Shown one piece after another: positions 12,253-26,400 of a DNA stretch of 64,000 nucleotides. Made by a program: the position numbers and the translations under genes. The notes below the pieces were generated by a model. It ran no database searches. It was not told where the DNA came from and saw only the letters and a program-made list of their open reading frames with translations. The stretch lies in NCBI RefSeq assembly GCF_009914755.1, contig NC_060938.1. One strand, 5' to 3'. Each line of letters starts with the position of its first letter. Positions within the stretch are counted from its first letter, which is position 1. The DNA is from the human T2T-CHM13v2.0 reference genome, Homo sapiens.

Positions 12253-14980
12253 GGGAAGATATTTGCTTTTTCCCCGTAGGCCTCAGGGCGCTCCAAATGT
12301 CCACTTGCACATGCTACAAAAAGAGTGCTTCAAAGCTGCTCTCTGAAAGGGAATGTTCAACTCTATGAGTTGAATGCAAACATCGCAAAGACGTTTCTGA
12401 GAATGCTTCTGTCTAGATTTGATATGAAGATATTCCCGTTTCCAACGAAATCTTCAAATCTATCCAAATGTCCACTTGCAGATTCAACAAAAAGTGTTTT
12501 TCAGAACTGCTCTATCAAAAGAAAGATCCACCTCTGTTAGCTGAGTTCAGACATCACAAACAAGTTTATGAGAATGCTTCTGTCTAGTTTTTATTTGAAG
12601 ATATTTCCTTTCTCACCATAGACCTGAAAGCTGTCCTAATGTTCACTTCCAGTTACTACAGAAAGAGTATTTCAAAACTGCTGTACGAAAGGGAATGTTC
12701 AACTCTGTGACTTGAATGCACACATCACAAAGAAGTTTCTGAGGATGCTGCTGTCTACTTTTTATACTTAATCCCGTTTCCAACGAAATCCTCCAAGCTA
12801 TCCAAATATCCACTTGCAGATTCCACAGAAAGACTGTTTCAAAACTGCTCTGTCAATAGAAAGGTTCAACTCTGTTAGCTGCGTGCATATATCCCAAAGC
12901 AGATTCTGAGATTGCTTCTGTCTAGTTTTTATGGGAAGATATTTCCCTTTTCACCGTAGGCGTCAAGGCGCTCCAAATGTCCACTTCCAGATACTACAAA
13001 AAGAGTGTTTCAAACCTACTCTGTGAAAGGGAATATTCAACTCTGTGACTTGAATGCACATATCACAAGGAAGTTTCTGAGAATGCTTCTGTCGAGATTT
13101 TATATGAAGATATTCCCGTTTCCAACGAAATCCTGAAATCTATCCAAATATCCCCTCGCAGATTCTACAAAAAGAGTGTTTCAAAACTGCTCTTTAAAAA
13201 GAAAGGTTCAACTCTGTTAGTTGAGTACACACATCACAAACAAGTTTCACAGAATGCTTCTTTCTAGCTTGTAGGGGAAGATATTCCCTTTATCACCATG
13301 GGCCTCAAACCGTCCGATAAGTCCACTTCCATATACTACAAAAAGAGCGTTTCAAACCTGCTCTATGAAAGGCAACGTTCAACTCTGTGACTTGAATGCA
13401 GACATCACAGAGCAGTTTCTGAGAATGCTTCTGTCTAGATTTTATAGGAAGATATTCCCGTTTCCAACGAAATCTTCACAGCTATCCAAATATCCACTTG
13501 CAGATTCTACAAAAAGAGTGTATCAAAACTGCTCTGTCAAAAGGAAGGTTCTTCTCTGTTAGGTGAGTGCATACGTCATAAAGGAGTTTCTGAGAATGTT
13601 TCTGTCTAGTGGTTATGGGAAGATATTTGCTTTTTCCCCGTAGGCCTCAGGGCGCTCCAAATGTCCACTTGCACATGCTACAAAAAGAGTGCTTCAAAGC
13701 TGCTCTCTGAAAGGGAATGTTCAACTCTATGAGTTGAATGCAAACATCACAAAGACGTTTCTGAGAATGCTTCTGTCTAGATTTGATATGAAGATATTCC
13801 CGTTTCCAACGAAATCTTCAAATCTATCCAAATGTCCACTTGCAGATTCAACAAAAAGTGTTTTTCAGAACTGCTCTATCAAAAGAAAGATCCACCTCTG
13901 TTAGCTGAGTTCAGACATCACAAACAAGTTTATGAGAATGCTTCTGTCTAGTTTTTATTTGAAGATATTTCCTTTCTCACCATAGACCTGAAAGCTGTCC
14001 TAATGTTCACTTCCAGTTACTACAGAAAGAGTGTTTCAAAACTGCTGTACGAAAGGGAATGTTCAACTCTGTGACTTGAATGCACACATCACAAAGAAGT
14101 TTCTGAGGATGCTGCTGTCTACTTTTTATACTTAATCCCGTTTCCAACGAAATCCTCCAAGCTATCCAAATATCCACTTGCAGATTCCACAGAAAGACTG
14201 TTTCAAAACTGCTCTGTCAATAGAAAGGTTCAACTCTGTTAGCTGCGTGCATATATCCCAAAGAAGATTCTGAGATTGCTTCTGTCTAGTTTTTATGGGA
14301 AGATATTTCCCTTTTCACCGTAGGCGTCAAGGCGCTCCAAATGTCCACTTCCAGATACTACAAAAAGAGTGTTTCAAACCTACTCTGTGAAAGGGAATAT
14401 TCAACTCTGTGACTTGAATGCACATATCACAAGGAAGTTTCTGAGAATGCTTCTGTCGAGATTTTATATGAAGATATTCCCGTTTCCAACGAAATCCTGA
14501 AATCTATCCAAATATCCCCTCGCAGATTCTACAAAAAGAGTGTTTCAAAACTGCTCTGTAAAAAGAAAGGTTCAACTCTGTTAGTTGACTACACACATCA
14601 CAAACAAGTTTCACAGAATGCTTCTTTCTAGCTTGTAGGGGAAGATATTCCCTTTATCACCATGGGCCTCAAACCGTCCGATAAGTCCACTTCCATATAC
14701 TACAAAAAGAGCGTTTCAAACCTGCTCTATGAAAGGCAATGTTCAACTCTGTGACTTGAATGCAGACATCACAGAGCAGTTTCTGAGAATGCTTCTGTCT
14801 AGATTTTATAGGAAGATATTCCCGTTTCCAACGAAATCTTCACAGCTATCCAAATATCCACTTGCAGATTCTACAAAAAGAGTGTATCAAAACTGCTCTG
14901 TCAAAAGGAAGGTTCTTTTCTGTTAGGTGAGTGCATACGTCATAAAGGAGTTTCTGAGAATGTTTCTGTCTAGTGGTTAT

Positions 14981-16344
14981 GGGAAGATATTTGCTTTTTC
15001 CCCGTAGGCCTCAGAGCGCTCCAAATATCCACTTGCACATGCTACAAAAAGAGTGCCTCAAAGCTGCTCTCTGAAACGGAATGTGCAACTCTATGAGTTG
15101 AATGCAAACATCGCAAAGACGTTTCTGAGAATGCTTCTGTCTAGATTTGATATGAAGATATTCCCGTTTCCAACGAAATCTTCAAATCTATCCAAATGTC
15201 CACTTGCAGATTCAACAAAAAGTGTTTTTCAGAACTGCTCTATCAAAAGAAAGATCCACCTCTGTTAGCTGAGTTCAGACATCACAAACAAGTTTATGAG
15301 AATGCTTCTGTCTAGTTTTTATTTGAAGATATTTCCTTTCTCACCATAGACCTGAAAGCTTTCCTAATGTTCACTTCCAGTTACTACAGAAAGAGTATTT
15401 CAAAACTGCTGTACGAAAGGGATTGTTCAACTCTGTGACTTGAATGCACACATCACAAAGAAGTTTCTGAGGATGCTGCTGTCTACTTTTTATACTTAAT
15501 CCCGTTTCCAACGAAATCCTCCAAGCTATCCAAATATCCACTTGCAGATTCCACAGAAAGACTGTTTCAAAACTGCTCTGTCAATAGAAAGGTTCAACTC
15601 TGTTAGCTGCGTGCATATATCCCAAAGCAGATTCTGAGATTGCTTCTGTCTAGTTTTTATGGGAAGATATTTCCCTTTTCACCGTAGGCGTCAAGGCGCT
15701 CCAAATGTCCACTTCCAGATACTACAAAAAGAGTGTTTCAAACCTACTCTGTGAAAGGGAATATTCAACTCTGTGACTTGAATGCACATATCACAAGGAA
15801 GTTTCTGAGAATGCTTCTGTCGAGATTTTATATGAAGATATTCCCGTTTCCAACGAAATCCTGAAATCTATCCAAATATCCCCTCGCAGATTCCACAAAA
15901 AGAGTGTTTCAAAACTGCTCTGTAAAAAGAAAGGTTCAACTCTGTTAGTTGAGTACACACATCACAAACAAGTTTCACAGAATGCTTCTTTCTAGCTTGT
16001 AGGGGAAGATATTCCCTTTATCACCATGGGCCTCAAACCGTCCGATAAGTCCACTTCCATATACTACAAAAAGAGCGTTTCAAACCTGCTCTATGAAAGG
16101 CAACGTTCAACTCTGTGACTTGAATGCAGACATCACAGAGCAGTTTCTGAGAATGCTTCTGTCTAGATTTTATAGGAAGATATTCCCGTTTCCAACGAAA
16201 TCTTCACAGCTATCCAAATATCCACTTGCAGATTCTACAAAAAGAGTGTATCAAAACTGCTCTGTCAAAAGGAAGGTTCTTCTCTGTTAGGTGAGTGCAT
16301 ACGTCATAAAGGAGTTTCTGAGAATGTTTCTGTCTAGTGGTTAT
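14981..16344 (-). repeat. Chimeric HOR (HOR 12): minority haplotype at the left end, majority haplotype after
   Basis: AGAGCG, AATATCC, GCCTCA and AAACGG alleles lie in the first ~100 bp. Majority alleles (TCAGAC, TAGACC, CAGTTA, TACTTA, CAAGGA, CGATAA) follow downstream. Confidence 0.85.
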
Positions 16345-17704
16345 GGGAAGATATTTGCTTTTTCCCCGTAGGCCTCAGGGCGCTCCAAATGTCCACTTGC
16401 ACATGCTACAAAAAGAGTGCTTCAAAGCTGCTCTCTGAAAGGGAATGTTCAACTCTATGAGTTGAATGCAAACATCACAAAGACGTTTCTGAGAATGCTT
16501 CTGTCTAGATTTGATATGAAGATATTCCCGTTTCCAACGAAATCTTCAAATCTATCCAAATGTCCACTTGCAGATTCAACAAAAAGTGTTTTTCAGAACT
16601 GCTCTATCAAAAGAAAGATCCACCTCTGTTAGCTGAGTTCAGACATCACAAACAAGTTTATGAGAATGCTTCTGTCTAGTTTTTATTTGAAGATATTTCC
16701 TTTCTCACCATAGACCTGAAAGCTGTCCTAATGTTCACTTCCAGTTACTACAGAGTGTTTCAAAACTGCTGTACGAAAGGGAATGTTCAACTCTGTGACT
16801 TGAATGCACACATCACAAAGAAGTTTCTGAGGATGCTGCTGTCTACTTTTTATACTTAATCCCGTTTCCAACGAAATCCTCCAAGCTATCCAAATATCCA
16901 CTTGCAGATTCCACAGAAAGACTGTTTCAAAACTGCTCTGTCAATAGAAAGGTTCAACTCTGTTAGCTGCGTGCATATATCCCAAAGAAGATTCTGAGAT
17001 TGCTTCTGTCTAGTTTTTATGGGAAGATATTTCCCTTTTCACCGTAGGCGTCAAGGCGCTCCAAATGTCCACTTCCAGATACTACAAAAAGAGTGTTTCA
17101 AACCTACTCTGTGAAAGGGAATATTCAACTCTGTGACTTGAATGCACATATCACAAGGAAGTTTCTGAGAATGCTTCTGTCGAGATTTTATATGAAGATA
17201 TTCCCGTTTCCAACGAAATCCTGAAATCTATCCAAATATCCCCTCGCAGATTCTACAAAAAGAGTGTTTCAAAACTGCTCTGTAAAAAGAAAGGTTCAAC
17301 TCTGTTAGTTGAGTACACACATCACAAACAAGTTTCACAGAATGCTTCTTTCTAGCTTGTAGGGGAAGATATTCCCTTTATCACCATGGGCCTCAAACCG
17401 TCCGATAAGTCCACTTCCATATACTACAAAAAGAGCGTTTCAAACCTGCTCTATGAAAGGCAATGTTCAACTCTGTGACTTGAATGCAGACATCACAGAG
17501 CAGTTTCTGAGAATGCTTCTGTCTAGATTTTATAGGAAGATATTCCCGTTTCCAACGAAATCTTCACAGCTATCCAAATATCCACTTGCAGATTCTACAA
17601 AAAGAGTGTATCAAAACTGCTCTGTCAAAAGGAAGGTTCTTTTCTGTTAGGTGAGTGCATACGTCATAAAGGAGTTTCTGAGAATGTTTCTGTCTAGTGG
17701 TTAT

Positions 17705-19068
17705 GGGAAGATATTTGCTTTTTCACCGTAGGCCTCAGAGCGCTCCAAATATCCACTTGCACATACTACAAAAAGAGTGCCTCAAAGCTGCTCTCTGAAA
17801 CGGAATGTTCAACTCTATGAGTTGAATGCAAACATCGCAAAGACGTTTCTGAGAATGCTTCTGTCTAGATTTGATATGAAGATATTCCCGTTTCCAACGA
17901 AATCTTCAAATCTATCCAAATGTCCACTTGCAGATTCAACAAAAAGTGTTTTTCAGAACTGCTCTATCAAAAGAAAGATCCACCTCTGTTAGCTGAGTTC
18001 ACACATCACAAACAAGTTTATGAGAATGCTTCTGTCTAGTTTTTATTTGAAGATATTTCCTTTCTCACCATAGAGCTGAAAGCTGTCCTAATGTTCACTT
18101 CCAGATACTACAGAAAGAGTGTTTCAAAACTGCTGTACGAAAGGGAATGTTCAACTCTGTGACTTGAATGCACACATCACAAAGAAGTTTCTGAGGATGC
18201 TGCTGTCTACTTTTTATACGTAATCCCGTTTCCAACGAAATCCTCCAAGCTATCCAAATATCCACTTGCAGATTCCACAGAAAGACTGTTTCAAAACTGC
18301 TCTGTCAATAGAAAGGTTCAACTCTGTTAGCTGCGTGCATATATCCCAAAGAAGATTCTGAGATTGCTTCTGTCTAGTTTTTATGGGAAGATATTTCCCT
18401 TTTCACCGTAGGCGTCAAGGCGCTCCAAATGTCCACTTCCAGATACTACAAAAAGAGTGTTTCAAACCTACTCTGTGAAAGGGAATATTCAACTCTGTGA
18501 CTTGAATGCACATATCACAAAGAAGTTTCTGAGAATGCTTCTGTCGAGATTTTATATGAAGATATTCCCGTTTCCAACGAAATGCTGAAATCTATCCAAA
18601 TATCCCCTCGCAGATTCTACAAAAAGAGTGTTTCAAAACTGCTCTGTGAAAAGAAAGGTTCAACTCTGTTAGTTGAGTACACACATCACAAACAAGTTTC
18701 ACAGAATGCTTCTTTCTAGCTTGTAGGGGAAGATATTCCCTTTATCACCATGGGCCTCAAACCGTCCGAAAAGTCCACTTCCATATACTACAAAAAGAGC
18801 GTTTCAAACCTGCTCTATGAAAGGCAATGTTCAACTCTGTGACTTGAATGCAGACATCACAGAGCAGTTTCTGAGAATGCTTCTGTCTAGATTTTATAGG
18901 AAGATATTCCCGTTTCCAACGAAATCTTCACAGCTATCCAAATATCCACTTGCAGATTCTACAAAAAGAGTGTATCAAAACTGCTCTGTCAAAAGGAAGG
19001 TTCTTCTCTGTTAGGTGAGTGCATACGTCATAAAGGAGTTTCTGAGAATGTTTCTGTCTAGTGGTTAT
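17705..19068 (-). repeat. Minority divergent HOR haplotype, copy 2 (HOR 14)
   Basis: Same linked SNV set as HOR 9, plus 17725A. Confidence 0.9.
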
Positions 19069-20432
19069 GGGAAGATATTTGCTTTTTCCCCGTAGGCCTC
19101 AGGGCGCTCCAAATGTCCACTTGCACATGCTACAAAAAGAGTGCTTCAAAGCTGCTCTCTGAAAGGGAATGTTCAACTCTATGAGTTGAATGCAAACATC
19201 GCAAAGACGTTTCTGAGAATGCTTCTGTCTAGATTTGATATGAAGATATTCCCGTTTCCAACGAAATCTTCAAATCTATCCAAATGTCCACTTGCAGATT
19301 CAACAAAAAGTGTTTTTCAGAACTGCTCTATCAAAAGAAAGATCCACCTCTGTTAGCTGAGTTCAGACATCACAAACAAGTTTATGAGAATGCTTCTGTC
19401 TAGTTTTTATTTGAAGATATTTCCTTTCTCACCATAGACCTGAAAGCTGTCCTAATGTTCACTTCCAGTTACTACAGAAAGAGTATTTCAAAACTGCTGT
19501 ACGAAAGGGAATGTTCAACTCTGTGACTTGAATGCACACATCACAAAGAAGTTTCTGAGGATGCTGCTGTCTACTTTTTATACTTAATCCCGTTTCCAAC
19601 GAAATCCTCCAAGCTATCCAAATATCCACTTGCAGATTCCACAGAAAGACTGTTTCAAAACTGCTCTGTCAATAGAAAGGTTCAACTCTGTTAGCTGCGT
19701 GCATATATCCCAAAGCAGATTCTGAGATTGCTTCTGTCTAGTTTTTATGGGAAGATATTTCCCTTTTCACCGTAGGCGTCAAGGCGCTCCAAATGTCCAC
19801 TTCCAGATACTACAAAAAGAGTGTTTCAAACCTACTCTGTGAAAGGGAATATTCAACTCTGTGACTTGAATGCACATATCACAAGGAAGTTTCTGAGAAT
19901 GCTTCTGTCGAGATTTTATATGAAGATATTCCCGTTTCCAACGAAATCCTGAAATCTATCCAAATATCCCCTCGCAGATTCTACAAAAAGAGTGTTTCAA
20001 AACTGCTCTTTAAAAAGAAAGGTTCAACTCTGTTAGTTGAGTACACACATCACAAACAAGTTTCACAGAATGCTTCTTTCTAGCTTGTAGGGGAAGATAT
20101 TCCCTTTATCACCATGGGCCTCAAACCGTCCGATAAGTCCACTTCCATATACTACAAAAAGAGCGTTTCAAACCTGCTCTATGAAAGGCAACGTTCAACT
20201 CTGTGACTTGAATGCAGACATCACAGAGCAGTTTCTGAGAATGCTTCTGTCTAGATTTTATAGGAAGATATTCCCGTTTCCAACGAAATCTTCACAGCTA
20301 TCCAAATATCCACTTGCAGATTCTACAAAAAGAGTGTATCAAAACTGCTCTGTCAAAAGGAAGGTTCTTCTCTGTTAGGTGAGTGCATACGTCATAAAGG
20401 AGTTTCTGAGAATGTTTCTGTCTAGTGGTTAT

Positions 20433-23400
20433 GGGAAGATATTTGCTTTTTCCCCGTAGGCCTCAGGGCGCTCCAAATGTCCACTTGCACATGCTACAAA
20501 AAGAGTGCTTCAAAGCTGCTCTCTGAAAGGGAATGTTCAACTCTATGAGTTGAATGCAAACATCACAAAGACGTTTCTGAGAATGCTTCTGTCTAGATTT
20601 GATATGAAGATATTCCCGTTTCCAACGAAATCTTCAAATCTATCCAAATGTCCACTTGCAGATTCAACAAAAAGTGTTTTTCAGAACTGCTCTATCAAAA
20701 GAAAGATCCACCTCTGTTAGCTGAGTTCAGACATCACAAACAAGTTTATGAGAATGCTTCTGTCTAGTTTTTATTTGAAGATATTTCCTTTCTCACCATA
20801 GACCTGAAAGCTGTCCTAATGTTCACTTCCAGTTACTACAGAGTGTTTCAAAACTGCTGTACGAAAGGGAATGTTCAACTCTGTGACTTGAATGCACACA
20901 TCACAAAGAAGTTTCTGAGGATGCTGCTGTCTACTTTTTATACTTAATCCCGTTTCCAACGAAATCCTCCAAGCTATCCAAATATCCACTTGCAGATTCC
21001 ACAGAAAGACTGTTTCAAAACTGCTCTGTCAATAGAAAGGTTCAACTCTGTTAGCTGCGTGCATATATCCCAAAGAAGATTCTGAGATTGCTTCTGTCTA
21101 GTTTTTATGGGAAGATATTTCCCTTTTCACCGTAGGCGTCAAGGCGCTCCAAATGTCCACTTCCAGATACTACAAAAAGAGTGTTTCAAACCTACTCTGT
21201 GAAAGGGAATATTCAACTCTGTGACTTGAATGCACATATCACAAGGAAGTTTCTGAGAATGCTTCTGTCGAGATTTTATATGAAGATATTCCCGTTTCCA
21301 ACGAAATCCTGAAATCTATCCAAATATCCCCTCGCAGATTCTACAAAAAGAGTGTTTCAAAACTGCTCTGTAAAAAGAAAGGTTCAACTCTGTTAGTTGA
21401 GTACACACATCACAAACAAGTTTCACAGAATGCTTCTTTCTAGCTTGTAGGGGAAGATATTCCCTTTATCACCATGGGCCTCAAACCGTCCGATAAGTCC
21501 ACTTCCATATACTACAAAAAGAGCGTTTCAAACCTGCTCTATGAAAGGCAATGTTCAACTCTGTGACTTGAATGCAGACATCACAGAGCAGTTTCTGAGA
21601 ATGCTTCTGTCTAGATTTTATAGGAAGATATTCCCGTTTCCAACGAAATCTTCACAGCTATCCAAATATCCACTTGCAGATTCTACAAAAAGAGTGTATC
21701 AAAACTGCTCTGTCAAAAGGAAGGTTCTTCTCTGTTAGGTGAGTGCATACGTCATAAAGGAGTTTCTGAGAATGTTTCTGTCTAGTGGTTATGGGAAGAT
21801 ATTTGCTTTTTCCCCGTAGGCCTCAGGGCGCTCCAAATGTCCACTTGCACATGCTACAAAAAGAGTGCTTCAAAGCTGCTCTCTGAAAGGGAATGTTCAA
21901 CTCAATGAGTTGAATGCAAACATCGCAAAGACGTTTCTGAGAATGCTTCTGTCTAGATTTGATATGAAGATATTCCCGTTTCCAACGAAATCTTCAAATC
22001 TATCCAAATGTCCACTTGCAGATTCAACAAAAAGTGTTTTTCAGAACTGCTCTATCAAAAGAAAGATCCACCTCTGTTAGCTGAGTTCAGACATCACAAA
22101 CAAGTTTATGAGAATGCTTCTGTCTAGTTTTTATTTGAAGATATTTCCTTTCTCACCATAGACCTGAAAGCTGTCCTAATGTTCACTTCCAGTTACTACA
22201 GAAAGAGTATTTCAAAACTGCTGTACGAAAGGGAATGTTCAACTCTGTGACTTGAATGCACACATCACAAAGAAGTTTCTGAGGATGCTGCTGTCTACTT
22301 TTTATACTTAATCCCGTTTCCAACGAAATCCTCCAAGCTATCCAAATATCCACTTGCAGATTCCACAGAAAGACTGTTTCAAAACTGCTCTGTCAATAGA
22401 AAGGTTCAACTCTGTTAGCTGCGTGCATATATCCCAAAGCAGATTCTGAGATTGCTTCTGTCTAGTTTTTATGGGAAGATATTTCCCTTTTCACCGTAGG
22501 CGTCAAGGCGCTCCAAATGTCCACTTCCAGATACTACAAAAAGAGTGTTTCAAACCTACTCTGTGAAAGGGAATATTCAACTCTGTGACTTGAATGCACA
22601 TATCACAAGGAAGTTTCTGAGAATGCTTCTGTCGAGATTTTATATGAAGATATTCCCGGTTCCAACGAAATCCTGAAATCTATCCAAATATCCCCTCGCA
22701 GATTCTACAAAAAGAGTGTTTCAAAACTGCTCTTTAAAAAGAAAGGTTCAACTCTGTTAGTTGAGTACACACATCACAAACAAGTTTCACAGAATGCTTC
22801 TTTCTAGCTTGTAGGGGAAGATATTCCCTTTATCACCATGGGCCTCAAACCGTCCGATAAGTCCACTTCCATATACTACAAAAAGAGCGTTTCAAACCTG
22901 CTCTATGAAAGGCAACGTTCAACTCTGTGACTTGAATGCAGACATCACAGAGCAGTTTCTGAGAATGCTTCTGTCTAGATTTTATAGGAAGATATTCCCG
23001 TTTCCAACGAAATCTTCACAGCTATCCAAATATCCACTTGCAGATTCTACAAAAAGAGTGTATCAAAACTGCTCTGTCAAAAGGAAGGTTCTTCTCTGTT
23101 AGGTGAGTGCATACGTCATAAAGGAGTTTCTGAGAATGTTTCTGTCTAGTGGTTATGGGAAGATATTTGCTTTTTCCCCGTAGGCCTCAGAGCGCTCCAA
23201 ATATCCACTTGCACATACTACAAAAAGAGTGCCTCAAAGCTGCTCTCTGAAACGGAATGTTCAACTCTATGAGTTGAATGCAAACATCGCAAAGACGTTT
23301 CTGAGAATGCTTCTGTCTAGATTTGATATGAAGATATTCCCGTTTCCAACGAAATCTTCAAATCTATCCAAATGTCCACTTGCAGATTCAACAAAAAGTG

Positions 23401-26400
23401 TTTTTCAGAACTGCTCTATCAAAAGAAAGATCCACCTCTGTTAGCTGAGTTCACACATCACAAACAAGTTTATGAGAATGCTTCTGTCTAGTTTTTATTT
23501 GAAGATATTTCCTTTCTCACCATAGAGCTGAAAGCTGTCCTAATGTTCACTTCCAGATACTACAGAAAGAGTGTTTCAAAACTGCTGTACGAAAGGGAAT
23601 GTTCAACTCTGTGACTTGAATGCACACATCACAAAGAAGTTTCTGAGGATGCTGCTGTCTACTTTTTATACGTAATCCCGTTTCCAACGAAATCCTCCAA
23701 GCTATCCAAATATCCACTTGCAGATTCCACAGAAAGACTGTTTCAAAACTGCTCTGTCAATAGAAAGGTTCAACTCTGTTAGCTGCGTGCATATATCCCA
23801 AAGAAGATTCTGAGATTGCTTCTGTCTAGTTTTTATGGGAAGATATTTCCCTTTTCACCGTAGGCGTCAAGGCGCTCCAAATGTCCACTTCCAGATACTA
23901 CAAAAAGAGTGTTTCAAACCTACTCTGTGAAAGGGAATATTCAACTCTGTGACTTGAATGCACATATCACAAAGAAGTTTCTGAGAATGCTTCTGTCGAG
24001 ATTTTATATGAAGATATTCCCGTTTCCAACGAAATGCTGAAATCTATCCAAATATCCCCTCGCAGATTCTACAAAAAGAGTGTTTCAAAACTGCTCTGTG
24101 AAAAGAAAGGTTCAACTCTGTTAGTTGAGTACACACATCACAAACAAGTTTCACAGAATGCTTCTTTCTAGCTTGTAGGGGAAGATATTCCCTTTATCAC
24201 CATGGGCCTCAAACCGTCCGAAAAGTCCACTTCCATATACTACAAAAAGAGCGTTTCAAACCTGCTCTATGAAAGGCAATGTTCAACTCTGTGACTTGAA
24301 TGCAGACATCACAGAGCAGTTTCTGAGAATGCTTCTGTCTAGATTTTATAGGAAGATATTCCCGTTTCCAACGAAATCTTCACAGCTATCCAAATATCCA
24401 CTTGCAGATTCTACAAAAAGAGTGTATCAAAACTGCTCTGTCAAAAGGAAGGTTCTTCTCTGTTAGGTGAGTGCATACGTCATAAAGGAGTTTCTGAGAA
24501 TGTTTCTGTCTAGTGGTTATGGGAAGATATTTGCTTTTTCCCCGTAGGCCTCAGGGCGCTCCAAATGTCCACTTGCACATGCTACAAAAAGAGTGCTTCA
24601 AAGCTGCTCTCTGAAAGGGAATGTTCAACTCTATGAGTTGAATGCAAACATCGCAAAGACGTTTCTGAGAATGCTTCTGTCTAGATTTGATATGAAGATA
24701 TTCCCGTTTCCAACGAAATCTTCAAATCTATCCAAATGTCCACTTGCAGATTCAACAAAAAGTGTTTTTCAGAACTGCTCTATCAAAAGAAAGATCCACC
24801 TCTGTTAGCTGAGTTCAGACATCACAAACAAGTTTATGAGAATGCTTCTGTCTAGTTTTTATTTGAAGATATTTCCTTTCTCACCATAGACCTGAAAGCT
24901 GTCCTAATGTTCACTTCCAGTTACTACAGAAAGAGTATTTCAAAACTGCTGTACGAAAGGGAATGTTCAACTCTGTGACTTGAATGCACACATCACAAAG
25001 AAGTTTCTGAGGATGCTGCTGTCTACTTTTTATACTTAATCCCGTTTCCAACGAAATCCTCCAAGCTATCCAAATATCCACTTGCAGATTCCACAGAAAG
25101 ACTGTTTCAAAACTGCTCTGTCAATAGAAAGGTTCAACTCTGTTAGCTGCGTGCATATATCCCAAAGCAGATTCTGAGATTGCTTCTGTCTAGTTTTTAT
25201 GGGAAGATATTTCCCTTTTCACCGTAGGCGTCAAGGCGCTCCAAATGTCCACTTCCAGATACTACAAAAAGAGTGTTTCAAACCTACTCTGTGAAAGGGA
25301 ATATTCAACTCTGTGACTTGAATGCACATATCACAAGGAAGTTTCTGAGAATGCTTCTGTCGAGATTTTATATGAAGATATTCCCGTTTCCAACGAAATC
25401 CTGAAATCTATCCAAATATCCCCTCGCAGATTCTACAAAAAGAGTGTTTCAAAACTGCTCTTTAAAAAGAAAGGTTCAACTCTGTTAGTTGAGTACACAC
25501 ATCACAAACAAGTTTCACAGAATGCTTCTTTCTAGCTTGTAGGGGAAGATATTCCCTTTATCACCATGGGCCTCAAACCGTCCGATAAGTCCACTTCCAT
25601 ATACTACAAAAAGAGCGTTTCAAACCTGCTCTATGAAAGGCAACGTTCAACTCTGTGACTTGAATGCAGACATCACAGAGCAGTTTCTGAGAATGCTTCT
25701 GTCTAGATTTTATAGGAAGATATTCCCGTTTCCAACGAAATCTTCACAGCTATCCAAATATCCACTTGCAGATTCTACAAAAAGAGTGTATCAAAACTGC
25801 TCTGTCAAAAGGAAGGTTCTTCTCTGTTAGGTGAGTGCATACGTCATAAAGGAGTTTCTGAGAATGTTTCTGTCTAGTGGTTATGGGAAGATATTTGCTT
25901 TTTCCCCGTAGGCCTCAGGGCGCTCCAAATGTCCACTTGCACATGCTACAAAAAGAGTGCTTCAAAGCTGCTCTCTGAAAGGGAATGTTCAACTCTATGA
26001 GTTGAATGCAAACATCACAAAGACGTTTCTGAGAATGCTTCTGTCTAGATTTGATATGAAGATATTCCCGTTTCCAACGAAATCTTCAAATCTATCCAAA
26101 TGTCCACTTGCAGATTCAACAAAAAGTGTTTTTCAGAACTGCTCTATCAAAAGAAAGATCCACCTCTGTTAGCTGAGTTCAGACATCACAAACAAGTTTA
26201 TGAGAATGCTTCTGTCTAGTTTTTATTTGAAGATATTTCCTTTCTCACCATAGACCTGAAAGCTGTCCTAATGTTCACTTCCAGTTACTACAGAAAGAGT
26301 GTTTCAAAACTGCTGTACGAAAGGGAATGTTCAACTCTGTGACTTGAATGCACACATCACAAAGAAGTTTCTGAGGATGCTGCTGTCTACTTTTTATACT

